DNA from: Deferribacterales bacterium
GTDB taxonomy: Bacteria > Chrysiogenota > Deferribacteres > Deferribacterales > Geovibrionaceae
DNA: 64,000 nucleotides
Reading direction: 5' to 3'
NCBI GenBank assembly: GCA_050251875.1
Contig: JBFWMA010000011.1
Coordinates: 1 to 64,000 of the forward strand
Shown here piece by piece: positions 18,847 to 28,355 of the stretch (positions are counted from its first letter, which is position 1; the number at the start of each line of letters is the position of its first letter). The notes beneath the pieces are model-generated. The model ran no database searches and was not told where the DNA came from. It worked only from the letters and a program-made list of their open reading frames with translations. Both the position numbers and the translations under genes were made by a program.

Positions 18847-19692
18847 ATGCAGGGCAGCGGCACACTAAAATCAATTGTAGATTTCAGTAACTTCTTCGAC
18901 CAGCAGATGTTTGTTCATCAGAGCGGAGACGTGCTGCATGTCATCAAAGGCGGCGTGGTGAAACAGTCCAAACTGCCGGCACAGCTCAAACAGATGATTT
19001 TGAACCCTAACGTTATGCAGGTGCCTATCACACAGGCAGGCGAAAAGGTCAACCTCCACATCTTCCGACTGGGAGACGGCATCACCCTTTTTGTTCAGGA
19101 CCCCGGCACCGGAACGGTTCTTAACAGTTTTGTCATGAGCCTGATAACCCTCTCTTCCAACGCATGCGGATACAACCCCACAGCAGATGATGGCGATATT
19201 AACAAAGTTCTTCTGGATAAACTGGTTGCGGAGTTCGACAAGGAGAAGAAAAAATTCTCCATCACAGATAAGCGCCAGAAAGAAGAGATCATAATCCTCG
19301 AGGCTCAGGCAAAGGACGCCTACGAGCAGATGGATAAACAGACCCGTGACATGATCGAGAGAGAGAAAGAGATGAACAAGCTGAAAAAACAGCTTCAGGA
19401 TCTCGCCGAAAGCTATAAGGTAATGGAAAAGAATCATAAAGAGATGAGCTACACCGGCGATTTCAAAGTCGGCGCGGATATTAAGAAGAAGAACGAAATA
19501 CTCAGAGAGAACAACAAAACACTTGTCGAAACTCTTAAAAAGACCTCAGCCGCTCTGGAGGATTACCGCACGGACGTGCTGATGGTTATCACCGATTTTC
19601 TGGACAACGTAAAAGCGGACAACGAATCTCAGGTTTCGCTTATCAACTCCATAAACGAAATTTTCTCGCAGAACAAACACATAGGCGGATAA
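18847..19692 (+). CDS. Hypothetical protein with long coiled coil
   Basis: 281-aa ORF with a K/E/Q-rich heptad region. Confidence 0.75.
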   Translation: MQGSGTLKSIVDFSNFFDQQMFVHQSGDVLHVIKGGVVKQSKLPAQLKQMILNPNVMQVPITQAGEKVNLHIFRLGDGITLFVQDPGTGTVLNSFVMSLITLSSNACGYNPTADDGDINKVLLDKLVAEFDKEKKKFSITDKRQKEEIIILEAQAKDAYEQMDKQTRDMIEREKEMNKLKKQLQDLAESYKVMEKNHKEMSYTGDFKVGADIKKKNEILRENNKTLVETLKKTSAALEDYRTDVLMVITDFLDNVKADNESQVSLINSINEIFSQNKHIGG

Positions 19693-20328
19693 ATGGAATC
19701 TCTATCTTACTGGCTGCTGTTCTTTTCAGCGGCGTTCGCCCTGTGCGTTTCGCCCGGGCCCGATCTGCTCTATATCCTTTCACAGACCATAGCCAAAGGC
19801 ACCAAGGCTGGGCTGGCGTCCATGCTTGGCGTATGTTCCGGAGCGATGGTTCATGTGACTATGGCGGCGCTCGGTCTCTCCGCTATCATGGCGGCTTCCG
19901 CTGTGGCTTTCACAGCTGTAAAGCTGGTCGGAGCGGTATACCTTATCTATCTGGGGATAAAAGCGTTTCGATCAAAAACAGGTGACGTCCATTTCAAACA
20001 GGGACACGACAGCTCTATTACTTTTTTCAAGGCTTATAAACAGGGAATCCTGATAGATATCTTTAATCCGAAACCCGCGATTTTCTTCATGGCGTTCCTG
20101 CCTCAGTTCGTCCGTGTTGAGCTGGGACATACGTCCGCACAGCTCTTTGTTCTGGGTACACTGGTGGTGATGGTCGGTCTTTTGGTTGAGGCTGTTGTGG
20201 TCTTTACCGCCGGCAATACCACTGCCTTTTTCAGAGGCAACCGGAGGATGTCCGGTCTGCTGAACAAAGCCCTCGGCTCTGTGATGATTTACCTGGGCGT
20301 GCGCTTAGCCCTCATTCATAATAAATAA
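19693..20328 (+). CDS. LysE/RhtB family exporter
   Basis: SPGPD, KLVGAVYLIYLG, NPKPAIFF..FLPQF. Confidence 0.92.
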   Translation: MESLSYWLLFFSAAFALCVSPGPDLLYILSQTIAKGTKAGLASMLGVCSGAMVHVTMAALGLSAIMAASAVAFTAVKLVGAVYLIYLGIKAFRSKTGDVHFKQGHDSSITFFKAYKQGILIDIFNPKPAIFFMAFLPQFVRVELGHTSAQLFVLGTLVVMVGLLVEAVVVFTAGNTTAFFRGNRRMSGLLNKALGSVMIYLGVRLALIHNK

Positions 20329-20330
20329 GA

Positions 20331-20406
20331 AATCTCCCCTAGCCCCTCTTTCCGGAAAGAGGGGAACAATGCAGTCATTGCGAGGAACGCAGTGACGAAG
20401 CAATCT
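20331..20406. repeat. Hairpin CCCCTCTTTCCGGAAAGAGGGG plus a single CGTC-type repeat between convergent genes
   Basis: Hairpin 20343-20364; GTCATTGCGAGGAACGCAGTGACGAAGCAATCT at 20374-20406. Confidence 0.7.
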
Positions 20407-20409
20407 TTC

Positions 20410-21516
20410 TTATTCTATCTCTAAGCCTTTTTCACGGCGGATGGTTTCGATCTTTTCCAGCGGTTTTTCAAGCTGATTTTTGCGGGTGGTGGTCAGGGTT
20501 TCGAACTCCCTTCTGGCATCGTCCAGCCTTCTGCCCATCATCTCCAGCTTTTCACTGAACATGCCCCACTGTTTATAGAATTCGCCGAACAGTTTCAGCA
20601 TTTCGCCGGATGTGCTGTCGAATGAGAAATTCTCCACCGACTGCCTGATGACCGCCAGCACGGCGAACAGCGACATGGGCGAACAGAGAATGACCCTGTG
20701 TCCCAGAGCGAAATCCATCACGCTGTCGTCATGTTCGTATATAAACTCATAGACGCTCTCATTCGGAATGAACAGCAGAACCACGTCCACCGTGTTCTCA
20801 GTCTGATCTATGTATCCTCTGTCCTTCACGTCTTTTATCTTCGTCCGGACGTCTTTGACGAACGCTTTCAGGCAGGCTTCCCGCTCCGCTCCGTCAGTCT
20901 GAAAAAATCTGGTATAGTTATCCAGAGGAAATTTCACGTCCATATTCAGAATGAGTCCCTTCGGCAGAAAGAATGTGAAATCCGGTCTGCTTCCGTTCTT
21001 CATGGTGCTCTGTTCTCTGTAGTTCACGCCGTCTATCATGCCGGACGCCCTGATGATATCCAGAGCCATACGCTCGCCCCATCTGCCCCGTTCGGCTGTG
21101 GATGACAGCGCTCTGCTGAGATCTCCGGTAACGTCAGTGAGCCTCTCTGTCTGGCGCACAGTGCTCTTTATCTGTTCGGTTATCTCGGTAAATTTTGACT
21201 CCCGCTCTTTCTCCATAGAAGACATAAATAACTGTATCTTTTCGAGATTTTCTTTCATGTGGATGAGCTGGGCGTCTATCAGTTCTTTTTTGCCTTCCAG
21301 CCGTCTTTCGCCGTCACCCGCTTTGGCCTCCAGCACAGAGCCTGCCAGCTTCAGAAATTCCTCAGAGTTTTTAGACAGGCTGTCCATGGACACCTGAGCG
21401 AACACTCCCTTCATCTCGTCCGTCATGGCACGTTCCTTCCGCCCCAGATACCATGCGGCAAAAAAGCCGATAACAGCACCCAGAACGAATATCAGAACAG
21501 AGATGAAAGCTGTCAT
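20410..21516 (-). CDS. rmuC: DNA recombination protein RmuC
   Basis: N-terminal TM plus coiled coil, RGRWGE, RPDF..LP, DVKFPL, LFIPNES. Confidence 0.92.
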   Translation of the reverse strand: MTAFISVLIFVLGAVIGFFAAWYLGRKERAMTDEMKGVFAQVSMDSLSKNSEEFLKLAGSVLEAKAGDGERRLEGKKELIDAQLIHMKENLEKIQLFMSSMEKERESKFTEITEQIKSTVRQTERLTDVTGDLSRALSSTAERGRWGERMALDIIRASGMIDGVNYREQSTMKNGSRPDFTFFLPKGLILNMDVKFPLDNYTRFFQTDGAEREACLKAFVKDVRTKIKDVKDRGYIDQTENTVDVVLLFIPNESVYEFIYEHDDSVMDFALGHRVILCSPMSLFAVLAVIRQSVENFSFDSTSGEMLKLFGEFYKQWGMFSEKLEMMGRRLDDARREFETLTTTRKNQLEKPLEKIETIRREKGLEIE

Positions 21517-22130
21517 ATGCCCGCCTTTATCTTTATCAGAGCGTTCATGACCGCTCCGGCGCAGGGGCTTCCGCCCTTTGTGCCGATGTTGGTGATGAAC
21601 TCCATATCCGTGTGCGTCAGCATCTCTTTGCTCTCGGCAGCCATCACAAATCCCACAGGCAGACCGATCACCAGAGCCGGATTCACCCTGCCCTGCTCTT
21701 TCAGCTCCATCAGCTTCAGCAGAGCTGTGGGGGCGTTGCCTACGGCATATATGGCGTCAGGATATTTCTCAGCGGCGTATTCCATGCTGTATTCCGCACG
21801 GGTCTTGCCTTCACGCTTAGCACCATCTATTACATTCTCATCTGTGATGAAGCAGAATTTTTCGATTCCGGCGGCGTCCAGATATTTTGACGTTATGGCG
21901 GTCTTCACCATGTTCACGTCAGTTATCACGGGCAGTTTTCTGTCCAGAGCGTCCATCGCCCTGTCTATGGCGTTTTTGCTGAAAAGTGTCATCTCAGCAA
22001 ACTCAAAGTCTCCGGTGGTATGTATCAGACGCATGACGACTTTCTTCTGTCTGTCGTCATATTTTGAAAGATCACAGCCCGCTTCGATAATCTCGAACGA
22101 CTGCTTCTCTATGTTGTCGCCTTTGTTCAT
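21513..22130 (-). CDS. cbiC: Cobalt-precorrin-8 methylmutase
   Basis: IEKQSF, RLIHTTGD, GNAPTAL, GLPVGFV.AAESK, KGGS. Confidence 0.93.
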   Translation of the reverse strand: MNKGDNIEKQSFEIIEAGCDLSKYDDRQKKVVMRLIHTTGDFEFAEMTLFSKNAIDRAMDALDRKLPVITDVNMVKTAITSKYLDAAGIEKFCFITDENVIDGAKREGKTRAEYSMEYAAEKYPDAIYAVGNAPTALLKLMELKEQGRVNPALVIGLPVGFVMAAESKEMLTHTDMEFITNIGTKGGSPCAGAVMNALIKIKAGI

Positions 22131-22132
22131 TT

Positions 22133-22816
22133 TTATCCTTTTTTCAGTATGGCGGTGGAGAGATAGTTGATGTCTCTTACCTCGTCAGAGTTCAGATCCA
22201 GAATTATCTCATCCTTCAGTGTGGCACGGGAGATCACATAGGCTGTTTTTATCCCGTTGTCTTTTACAAATTTTTTCAGTAAGTCCAGTTTGTTATGCAC
22301 CTTCATCACAAAGACCGTGGCGAATTTTTCGGTACATTCTTTCATAAAAGATGTGTCGTCCCTCATCTCCACCGTGCAGAAGCTCTCGTCCTTCTCCGTC
22401 ACGGGCATGCAGAGGATGTTCGGCACCGCCGAAATGGCTGATATTCCGGGGATGAATTCGGTCCTGACCCCGTGCTTCTCCAGCTTGTGCGCCAGATAGT
22501 TCAGGGTGGAGTATATAGGAGCATCGCCGATGGTTATATAGCTGATCTTTTTGCCGTCTTTCAGCATATCAGCCACCTGTTCCGCCAGCTCGGCGTATTT
22601 TGTGTCCAGATCGTCCTTATCCCCTGTCATGGGGAAGTAATACATATATATCTTCTCTTCCGGGACAATATCTTTGATTATGTCTTTCGCCAGGCTTCTG
22701 CCTGTTTTGTTCGACTGGGGAACGACAACAATGTCGCTCTCGTTCATTATTCGAACCGCTTTCAGAGTCAGCAGTTCAGGGTCTCCGGGTCCGAGACCTA
22801 TGCCGTAAACTTTCAT
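22133..22816 (-). CDS. cbiL: Cobalt-precorrin-2 C20-methyltransferase
   Basis: GIGLGPGDPELLTLKA, FPMT, GDAPIYST, IPGISA. Confidence 0.9.
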   Translation of the reverse strand: MKVYGIGLGPGDPELLTLKAVRIMNESDIVVVPQSNKTGRSLAKDIIKDIVPEEKIYMYYFPMTGDKDDLDTKYAELAEQVADMLKDGKKISYITIGDAPIYSTLNYLAHKLEKHGVRTEFIPGISAISAVPNILCMPVTEKDESFCTVEMRDDTSFMKECTEKFATVFVMKVHNKLDLLKKFVKDNGIKTAYVISRATLKDEIILDLNSDEVRDINYLSTAILKKG

Positions 22817-22958
22817 TATAACTCCTCACAGAAATTCATTCATCCATGAAGAATTTCTGATACCGTTCCGCTCGGAATCAATCCTCGCTTCACTTACGTT
22901 CTGTTCGCTCCGGCACTAAAAGCGCCTTCACTCACTCCACGAACCACATCCTGTGGTT

Positions 22959-24293
22959 TTATTTCCCTTCTATTTTGTCTATCATACTGCTGATGAACGG
23001 GTTATCGCTCAAAAAGTGCAGGTGGGTGTATGAGGCGAATGCGTTGTTAACGCAGATGCCGTCCTCGCTCTTTTTGCCGTCTGTCACACGGGACACGTTA
23101 TAGGCGAACTCGCCGCTGTAGCGCTCCAGAGTGGAATAATGGAACTCGTGACCGATATTAACGGCGCCCTTCTGTCCCATCATGCAGTCTTTTTTTATCT
23201 CCGCTCTCACATATCCCAGAGCCTGACGCTTATTGCACATTCTGCATTCGGCGTCTATGACTCCGGCGGTGTTGTAAAAGCCGTCATCAGTGTGTATTCC
23301 GTTCGAAAGATACATCAGCCCGCCGCACTCGGCATAAAGAAAACCGCCGTGCTTCACATAATCACGCAGGAAAATGCTCGTCATGTTGTCTTCCGCCAGC
23401 TCTCTGGCATAAAGCTCGGGATATCCGCCGCCCAGATATATGAAATCGGCGTCTTCCGGCACGTCTCCGTTCAGCGGAGAAAAATATTTTATGGCGAATC
23501 CCTTGCTGTCCAGATAGTCTATGTTAGCGTTGTAATAGAACTGAAAAGCCTTGTCATAAGCCAGATAAGCGACCTTGTCCGGTTTGCTCAGCTTTTTCGG
23601 CGGGGCTATAGGCTTCTCCGCCTCGCATATCTGAAGGATGGTGCTGATATCCACATTCTCCGCCACGAACTCGGCGCAGATGTCGAAATAAGGCTCGTCT
23701 ATCTCCAGAGCGGTTTTAACGCCCAGATGTCTGGATTCCACCAGTTTGTCGGTATTTTTCGGCAGAACGCCCACTACCTCGGCGTCAGTGTGATATGATA
23801 TGGCGTTGCGCACCAGCATGGCATGCCGCTCGGAAGCGATATTGTTCAGCACCACTCCCTTGATGGAAGCGCTGCACATCTGCTCTATCCCGCGAACGAG
23901 CGCCGCCGGGGTAAAAGAACTGCCTGAACAGTCCAGAAGCATGACAATGGGCGAATCTATGACAGAGGCTATGTCCGCGCTGCTTCCCTTAAAAGTGCGC
24001 GAATCCACACCGTCAAAAACTCCCATGACGCCTTCCGTCACAGCCACATCGGCATCTCTGCATCCGTCAGCGAATATATCCGACACCGTATCCGGATTAA
24101 CCATAACGGTATCCAGATTATAAGAGTGTCTGCCGGAGGCAAGCTGTATGTGCAGGGTATCAATATAGTCGGGTCCGCATTTGAACGGAGCAACCGCCAT
24201 TCCCTTGTTAGTCAGATGCCTGATTATTCCAGTTGTAAGAGTAGTTTTTCCTGAGCCGCTCTTGTCAGCTGCTATCATGATTGATGAAAACAT
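22959..24293 (-). CDS. cbiA: Cobyrinate a,c-diamide synthase
   Basis: SGSGKTT, FKCGPDYID, EGVMGVFDG, GGGYPEL, AECGG, GHEFHY. Confidence 0.95.
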   Translation of the reverse strand: MFSSIMIAADKSGSGKTTLTTGIIRHLTNKGMAVAPFKCGPDYIDTLHIQLASGRHSYNLDTVMVNPDTVSDIFADGCRDADVAVTEGVMGVFDGVDSRTFKGSSADIASVIDSPIVMLLDCSGSSFTPAALVRGIEQMCSASIKGVVLNNIASERHAMLVRNAISYHTDAEVVGVLPKNTDKLVESRHLGVKTALEIDEPYFDICAEFVAENVDISTILQICEAEKPIAPPKKLSKPDKVAYLAYDKAFQFYYNANIDYLDSKGFAIKYFSPLNGDVPEDADFIYLGGGYPELYARELAEDNMTSIFLRDYVKHGGFLYAECGGLMYLSNGIHTDDGFYNTAGVIDAECRMCNKRQALGYVRAEIKKDCMMGQKGAVNIGHEFHYSTLERYSGEFAYNVSRVTDGKKSEDGICVNNAFASYTHLHFLSDNPFISSMIDKIEGK

Positions 24294-24357
24294 AGTAACA
24301 GATTATTTTATTATCTATAATCTTGCAAGCAGAGAAAAAAAGGGATAACCTGAAAAA

Positions 24358-25011
24358 ATGAAAATATCCGCTCCGTCTTTCGTAATTCCAGCCGACAGAG
24401 AAAAAAATGTTCTTTATCTGAAAGAACTTGTGGATGAGGTCGAGCTTGCGTTCTTCGACAGCAGGCATGATTTCGACATGCCTCCGGATGAAGAAATTCA
24501 GGCTCTGTCACGGATAGACATGACATACAGCGCACACCTGCCCACAGACGCCGATCTGAACACAGAGAACGGGTGGCGTGTGATCGATTCATACATCCGT
24601 GTCCTGCGCCCGCTGAAGCCCGTCCGGCTGGTGATACACCCGGTGGAGTCGTCATTTTTTCTGAACGAGCTTATCCGCAGAAAAGAGCACAACATCATAA
24701 TAGAAAACACGGATTTCTACGGACCGTTCTTTGACGATGCCGTGGAGGCGGGAATCAGGCTCTGTTTCGACAATGCCCACGCCGGAGACATGGCGGAAAA
24801 CTTTCTGGGAAAATACAGCCGCCACATAGACGAATACCACCTTCAGGGAATTATCGGCAACAGACATCACAAAAGTCTTGAGCATATAGAAAAATCTCTG
24901 CTAAAATCCATCTTTCGCGCGGCGGAAAAATACAACAGCACCGTGTGCCTCGAGATTTTCAACGAAGCTGATTTTCTCAAGTCATACGATATATTTAAGG
25001 AATTATCATGA
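24358..25011 (+). CDS. cbiR: Putative cobamide-remodelling phosphodiesterase (AP endonuclease 2/TIM barrel)
   Basis: SFVIPAD..NV.YL..VDEVEL.FF, YSAHLP.D, VIHP, IEN, CFDNAH, HLQG..HKSL, CLEIF; first gene of the cobU-cobT-cobS operon. Confidence 0.72.
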   Translation: MKISAPSFVIPADREKNVLYLKELVDEVELAFFDSRHDFDMPPDEEIQALSRIDMTYSAHLPTDADLNTENGWRVIDSYIRVLRPLKPVRLVIHPVESSFFLNELIRRKEHNIIIENTDFYGPFFDDAVEAGIRLCFDNAHAGDMAENFLGKYSRHIDEYHLQGIIGNRHHKSLEHIEKSLLKSIFRAAEKYNSTVCLEIFNEADFLKSYDIFKELS

Positions 25012-25517
25012 TAACACTCATCACCGGAGGGGTAAAAAGCGGAAAAACAGCCTTCGCCCTGTCCCTCTGCCAGAAGTATGAAAAACGGTCATATATAGCC
25101 ACAGCAGAGGCTTTCGATGACGCCATGTCCAAAAAGATAGCCGACCACAAGGCGGAAAGGGACGAAAACTGGGTCACCATAGAAGAACCGGTGAGCCTGC
25201 ACAGCGTCTTCGACCATGCGGAGGAGCAGGACGTGATACTCATAGACTGCGTAACCATGTGGCTGAACAATCTGCTTTATAAACAGCTCAACGCTGAAAA
25301 ACACATAGACATGTTTCTGAAAAGACTCGCCCAGAGCAGAAAACCCGTGGTGATAGTAACCAACGAGGTGGGGCTCGGCGTTATGCCGGTCAGCCCTGAA
25401 GGATGCAGATACGCCGATGAGCTGGGCAGGCTGAACACAAAGCTGGCGTCACTTTCAGACAGAGTAATTTTTTTGATTTCGTCAATACCTGTAACCATTA
25501 AGGGAGATAAACAATGA
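25008..25517 (+). CDS. cobU: Adenosylcobinamide kinase/guanylyltransferase
   Basis: ITGGVKSGKT, YIATA, W.TIEEP, IDCVTMWLNN, VTNEVGLG. Confidence 0.95.
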   Translation: MITLITGGVKSGKTAFALSLCQKYEKRSYIATAEAFDDAMSKKIADHKAERDENWVTIEEPVSLHSVFDHAEEQDVILIDCVTMWLNNLLYKQLNAEKHIDMFLKRLAQSRKPVVIVTNEVGLGVMPVSPEGCRYADELGRLNTKLASLSDRVIFLISSIPVTIKGDKQ

Positions 25518-26587
25518 ATCTGCAAGAGATAGTAAAATCGATCAAGCCCACCGACAAAGAGATATATAAACAGGCGCAGGAACGCACGGCGAACCTGATA
25601 ATGCCCCCCAGAGCTCTGGGACGCCTGAACGATATAGGCGAAAAAATATGCGCCATTCAGGGCACCATGAAACCGAAAGTGGACAGCCGCATGGTCTTCG
25701 TGATGGCTGGCGACCACGGCATAGTGGAGGAGAGAGTGGCGGCTTTTCCCCAGGAGGTCACCGGACAGATGATGGGTGCTTTCATAGCGGGGCTCGCCTC
25801 TATAAACGTGCTCTCCAGACAGGCTAAATCAAAAGTTCTGGTGGCGGATATCGGCGCTGTGTGCGATGTGGCGGCGGCTCCTTCCGACCCTGATAATTTC
25901 TATGTGGTGCGCAAGGTAAGAAAAGGCACAGCCAACTTTACCAAAGGTCCGGCTATGTCTAAAGAAGAAGCCGAAAAAAGCATAATGGCTGGATTCGGCA
26001 TAGCAGATGAAATGATAAAGAAATTCAGACTCAATCTGATAGCCACAGGCGACATGGGAATAGGCAACACCACGCCTTCCAGCGCCATAGGGGCGATATA
26101 CACAGGTCTCAGCGTGGAAGCCATGACAGGCTACGGCTCCGGCATAGACAATGCCGCGTTCAAAAGAAAGGTAGACACAATAGCCAAAGGGCTCGAAGTG
26201 AATAAACCCGATAAAAACGACCCTCTGGACGTTCTCGCTAAAGTAGGCGGTCTGGAGATAGGCGCTATCGCCGGAGTGATTCTGGCGGGGGCATATCATA
26301 AAATCCCGGTGCTGATAGATGGTATAATATCTACAGCGGGCGCTCTGATAGCATACGGTCTCTGCCCCCTCACAGGCGAATATATGGTGAGCGGACACAA
26401 ATCAGTGGAACAGGGACACATCAAGATGCTGGAATATATGGGGCTGGAACCTCTGGTGGATCTGGGGCTCAGGCTCGGCGAGGGTACAGGCGCCGTGATG
26501 GCTATGCACTCAGTGGAAGCCGGAGTCAGGGTAATCACCGAAATATCCACCTTCGCCGAAGCGGGCGTCGCCACCAAGGAGATGTGA
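25514..26587 (+). CDS. cobT: Nicotinate-nucleotide-DMB phosphoribosyltransferase
   Basis: ALGRL, AGDHG, GDMGIGNTT, GGLEIG, LRLGEGTGA. Confidence 0.95.
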   Translation: MNLQEIVKSIKPTDKEIYKQAQERTANLIMPPRALGRLNDIGEKICAIQGTMKPKVDSRMVFVMAGDHGIVEERVAAFPQEVTGQMMGAFIAGLASINVLSRQAKSKVLVADIGAVCDVAAAPSDPDNFYVVRKVRKGTANFTKGPAMSKEEAEKSIMAGFGIADEMIKKFRLNLIATGDMGIGNTTPSSAIGAIYTGLSVEAMTGYGSGIDNAAFKRKVDTIAKGLEVNKPDKNDPLDVLAKVGGLEIGAIAGVILAGAYHKIPVLIDGIISTAGALIAYGLCPLTGEYMVSGHKSVEQGHIKMLEYMGLEPLVDLGLRLGEGTGAVMAMHSVEAGVRVITEISTFAEAGVATKEM

Positions 26588-26588
26588 C

Positions 26589-27299
26589 ATTTTTAAAAGC
26601 TACATAAACGCCTTAAGTTTTCTGACTGTTCTGAGGTTTTCCGGAAAAGACTTTGACGGAAGACGCTCCGTATACAGCTTCGTCCTCATCGGGCTCACTC
26701 TGGGTCTGCCTCCGTATCTTTTTATGACATACTGCCAGACACTCATCCCCGGGCAGGCTATGTCTGTGATAATAGTGCTCTACATGGTGTTCATCACGGG
26801 CGCTCTGCATCTGGACGGGCTGGCGGACACGGCGGACGGGCTCTTCTCTTTCCGCAGCCGTGAGCAGATGCTGGAGATCATGAAGGACAGCAGGATAGGA
26901 ACCATGGGCGCCGTGGCGATAGTTATGGTGCTTATCATAAAGACATTCTGCGTATACGCCGTCAGCAATCCTTTGTGGCTGTTGATTATTCCGGCATACG
27001 CCAGATTCAGCATGGTGTTCGGCGTTTATATGTTTAAATATGCCAGAGAGGAAGGCACTGCGAAATCATTCTTCGGAAACTACAGCCCCGCAGTATTCAT
27101 CCAGGGGCTGATACCCATGGGACTGAGCTTTTTTCTGGGCGCTGTTTCCTTTGCCGTGCTGAATATATCGTTTATAATATTTATATTACTGATATCCAAA
27201 CTATACAGAAGCAGGATCGGCGGCATCACCGGAGACATGCTGGGCGCTATGTGCGAATCCTGCGAAGCCTTATTACTCATTCTGGCGGTGTGCTTATGA
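26589..27299 (+). CDS. cobS: Adenosylcobinamide-GDP ribazoletransferase; start uncertain, probably ATT 26589
   Basis: TGALHLDGLADTADG, IMKDSRIG, GGITGD.LGA; the frame extends upstream of ATG 26724 through the typical ALSFLT N-terminus. Confidence 0.9.
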   Translation: MFKSYINALSFLTVLRFSGKDFDGRRSVYSFVLIGLTLGLPPYLFMTYCQTLIPGQAMSVIIVLYMVFITGALHLDGLADTADGLFSFRSREQMLEIMKDSRIGTMGAVAIVMVLIIKTFCVYAVSNPLWLLIIPAYARFSMVFGVYMFKYAREEGTAKSFFGNYSPAVFIQGLIPMGLSFFLGAVSFAVLNISFIIFILLISKLYRSRIGGITGDMLGAMCESCEALLLILAVCL

Positions 27300-28354
27300 G
27301 CGGATTTGATCACGGCGGAAACATCTATGAAGCGGCGAAAAAAGCAAGATGCTCTGTGGACGACATCATCGACCTCAGCAGCAACATATCCCCCTTCACC
27401 CCTGAAGCGCTCTTTCGTGACATAGACATGAAAAAACTGATATCCAGACTCCCCGAGCCCTACAGTCTTTCGCTCATCAGCGAGATAGCGAAATTTCACG
27501 ATGTGCCGGAGAACACTGTGCTGGCGGGCAACGGCACCACGGAGTTCATCCACAACATATGCAGCATATACAAAGGTCAGAAGGCGGTGATTCTCCAGCC
27601 CACCTATGTGGACTATATCAAATACGCCCAGCTGGCGGACATGTCGGTCACCAATGTGGTGATGACGGAGGAATCCGGCTTCTCTTTCAACGATGAGGAG
27701 CTGATGGAACACCTGACAGACGCCGCAGTCTGCTTCATCTGCAACCCGAACAACCCCACAGGAAAGGTGATAAGCAAGGACGACCTGCGTTTCGTGGCGG
27801 ACGTGTGCAAAAATACCCTTTTCGTAATAGACGAATCCTATGTGGATTTCTGCGTGGACAGCGCCCCCAGTCTGGTCGGGTGCTCTCTCACAAACGTAGC
27901 GGTGCTCAGATCTTTTTCCAAATCCCACGGGATACCCGGGCTCAGAGCCGGATATATCGTCAGCAGAAACAAACATCTGGTGGACAGCCTGAACAGAGCC
28001 GTGTCTCCGTGGAACATGAACACTCCGGCGCAGGAGATTTGCAAAAAAGCCGTCAAAGAGGCTGTGATGCCTAATCTGCGCAAGCTGGACAACATAAAGC
28101 ATCAGACGATGGCTAACCTGTCTTCCATAGACCAGCTGAAGGTGTTCGACAGCGCCGTCAACTTCTTTCTGATAAAACTGAAAAGATCCGATGCTCAGGC
28201 ATTCTGCGAATATATGCTCAGCCATCATTTTCTGGTTAGAGACTGCTCCAACTTCGTGGGGCTGAACAACACATTCATACGGATAGCCATGAAAGAGCAG
28301 AGACACATGGACAACTTCTGCCGTCTGGCTAAATCATATTTCGAGATATTCTGA
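27296..28354 (+). CDS. cobD: Threonine-phosphate decarboxylase (class I PLP enzyme)
   Basis: HGGN, DLSSNISP, GNGTTE, CNPNNPTG, RSFSK..IPGLRAGY. Confidence 0.88.
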   Translation: MSGFDHGGNIYEAAKKARCSVDDIIDLSSNISPFTPEALFRDIDMKKLISRLPEPYSLSLISEIAKFHDVPENTVLAGNGTTEFIHNICSIYKGQKAVILQPTYVDYIKYAQLADMSVTNVVMTEESGFSFNDEELMEHLTDAAVCFICNPNNPTGKVISKDDLRFVADVCKNTLFVIDESYVDFCVDSAPSLVGCSLTNVAVLRSFSKSHGIPGLRAGYIVSRNKHLVDSLNRAVSPWNMNTPAQEICKKAVKEAVMPNLRKLDNIKHQTMANLSSIDQLKVFDSAVNFFLIKLKRSDAQAFCEYMLSHHFLVRDCSNFVGLNNTFIRIAMKEQRHMDNFCRLAKSYFEIF

Positions 28355-28355
28355 C

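Noticed and set aside
24294..24357. Cobalamin riboswitch
   Set aside because: Only 64 bp, AT-rich, no B12 box
26724..27299. cobS as a truncated pseudogene
   Set aside because: The upstream frame is intact and encodes the expected N-terminus; treated as a start-site question
27080..28306. Long antisense ORFs (408 aa here; also 5110-5841, 21259-22170, 41726-42538)
   Set aside because: Opposite well-conserved genes; typical shadows caused by codon bias
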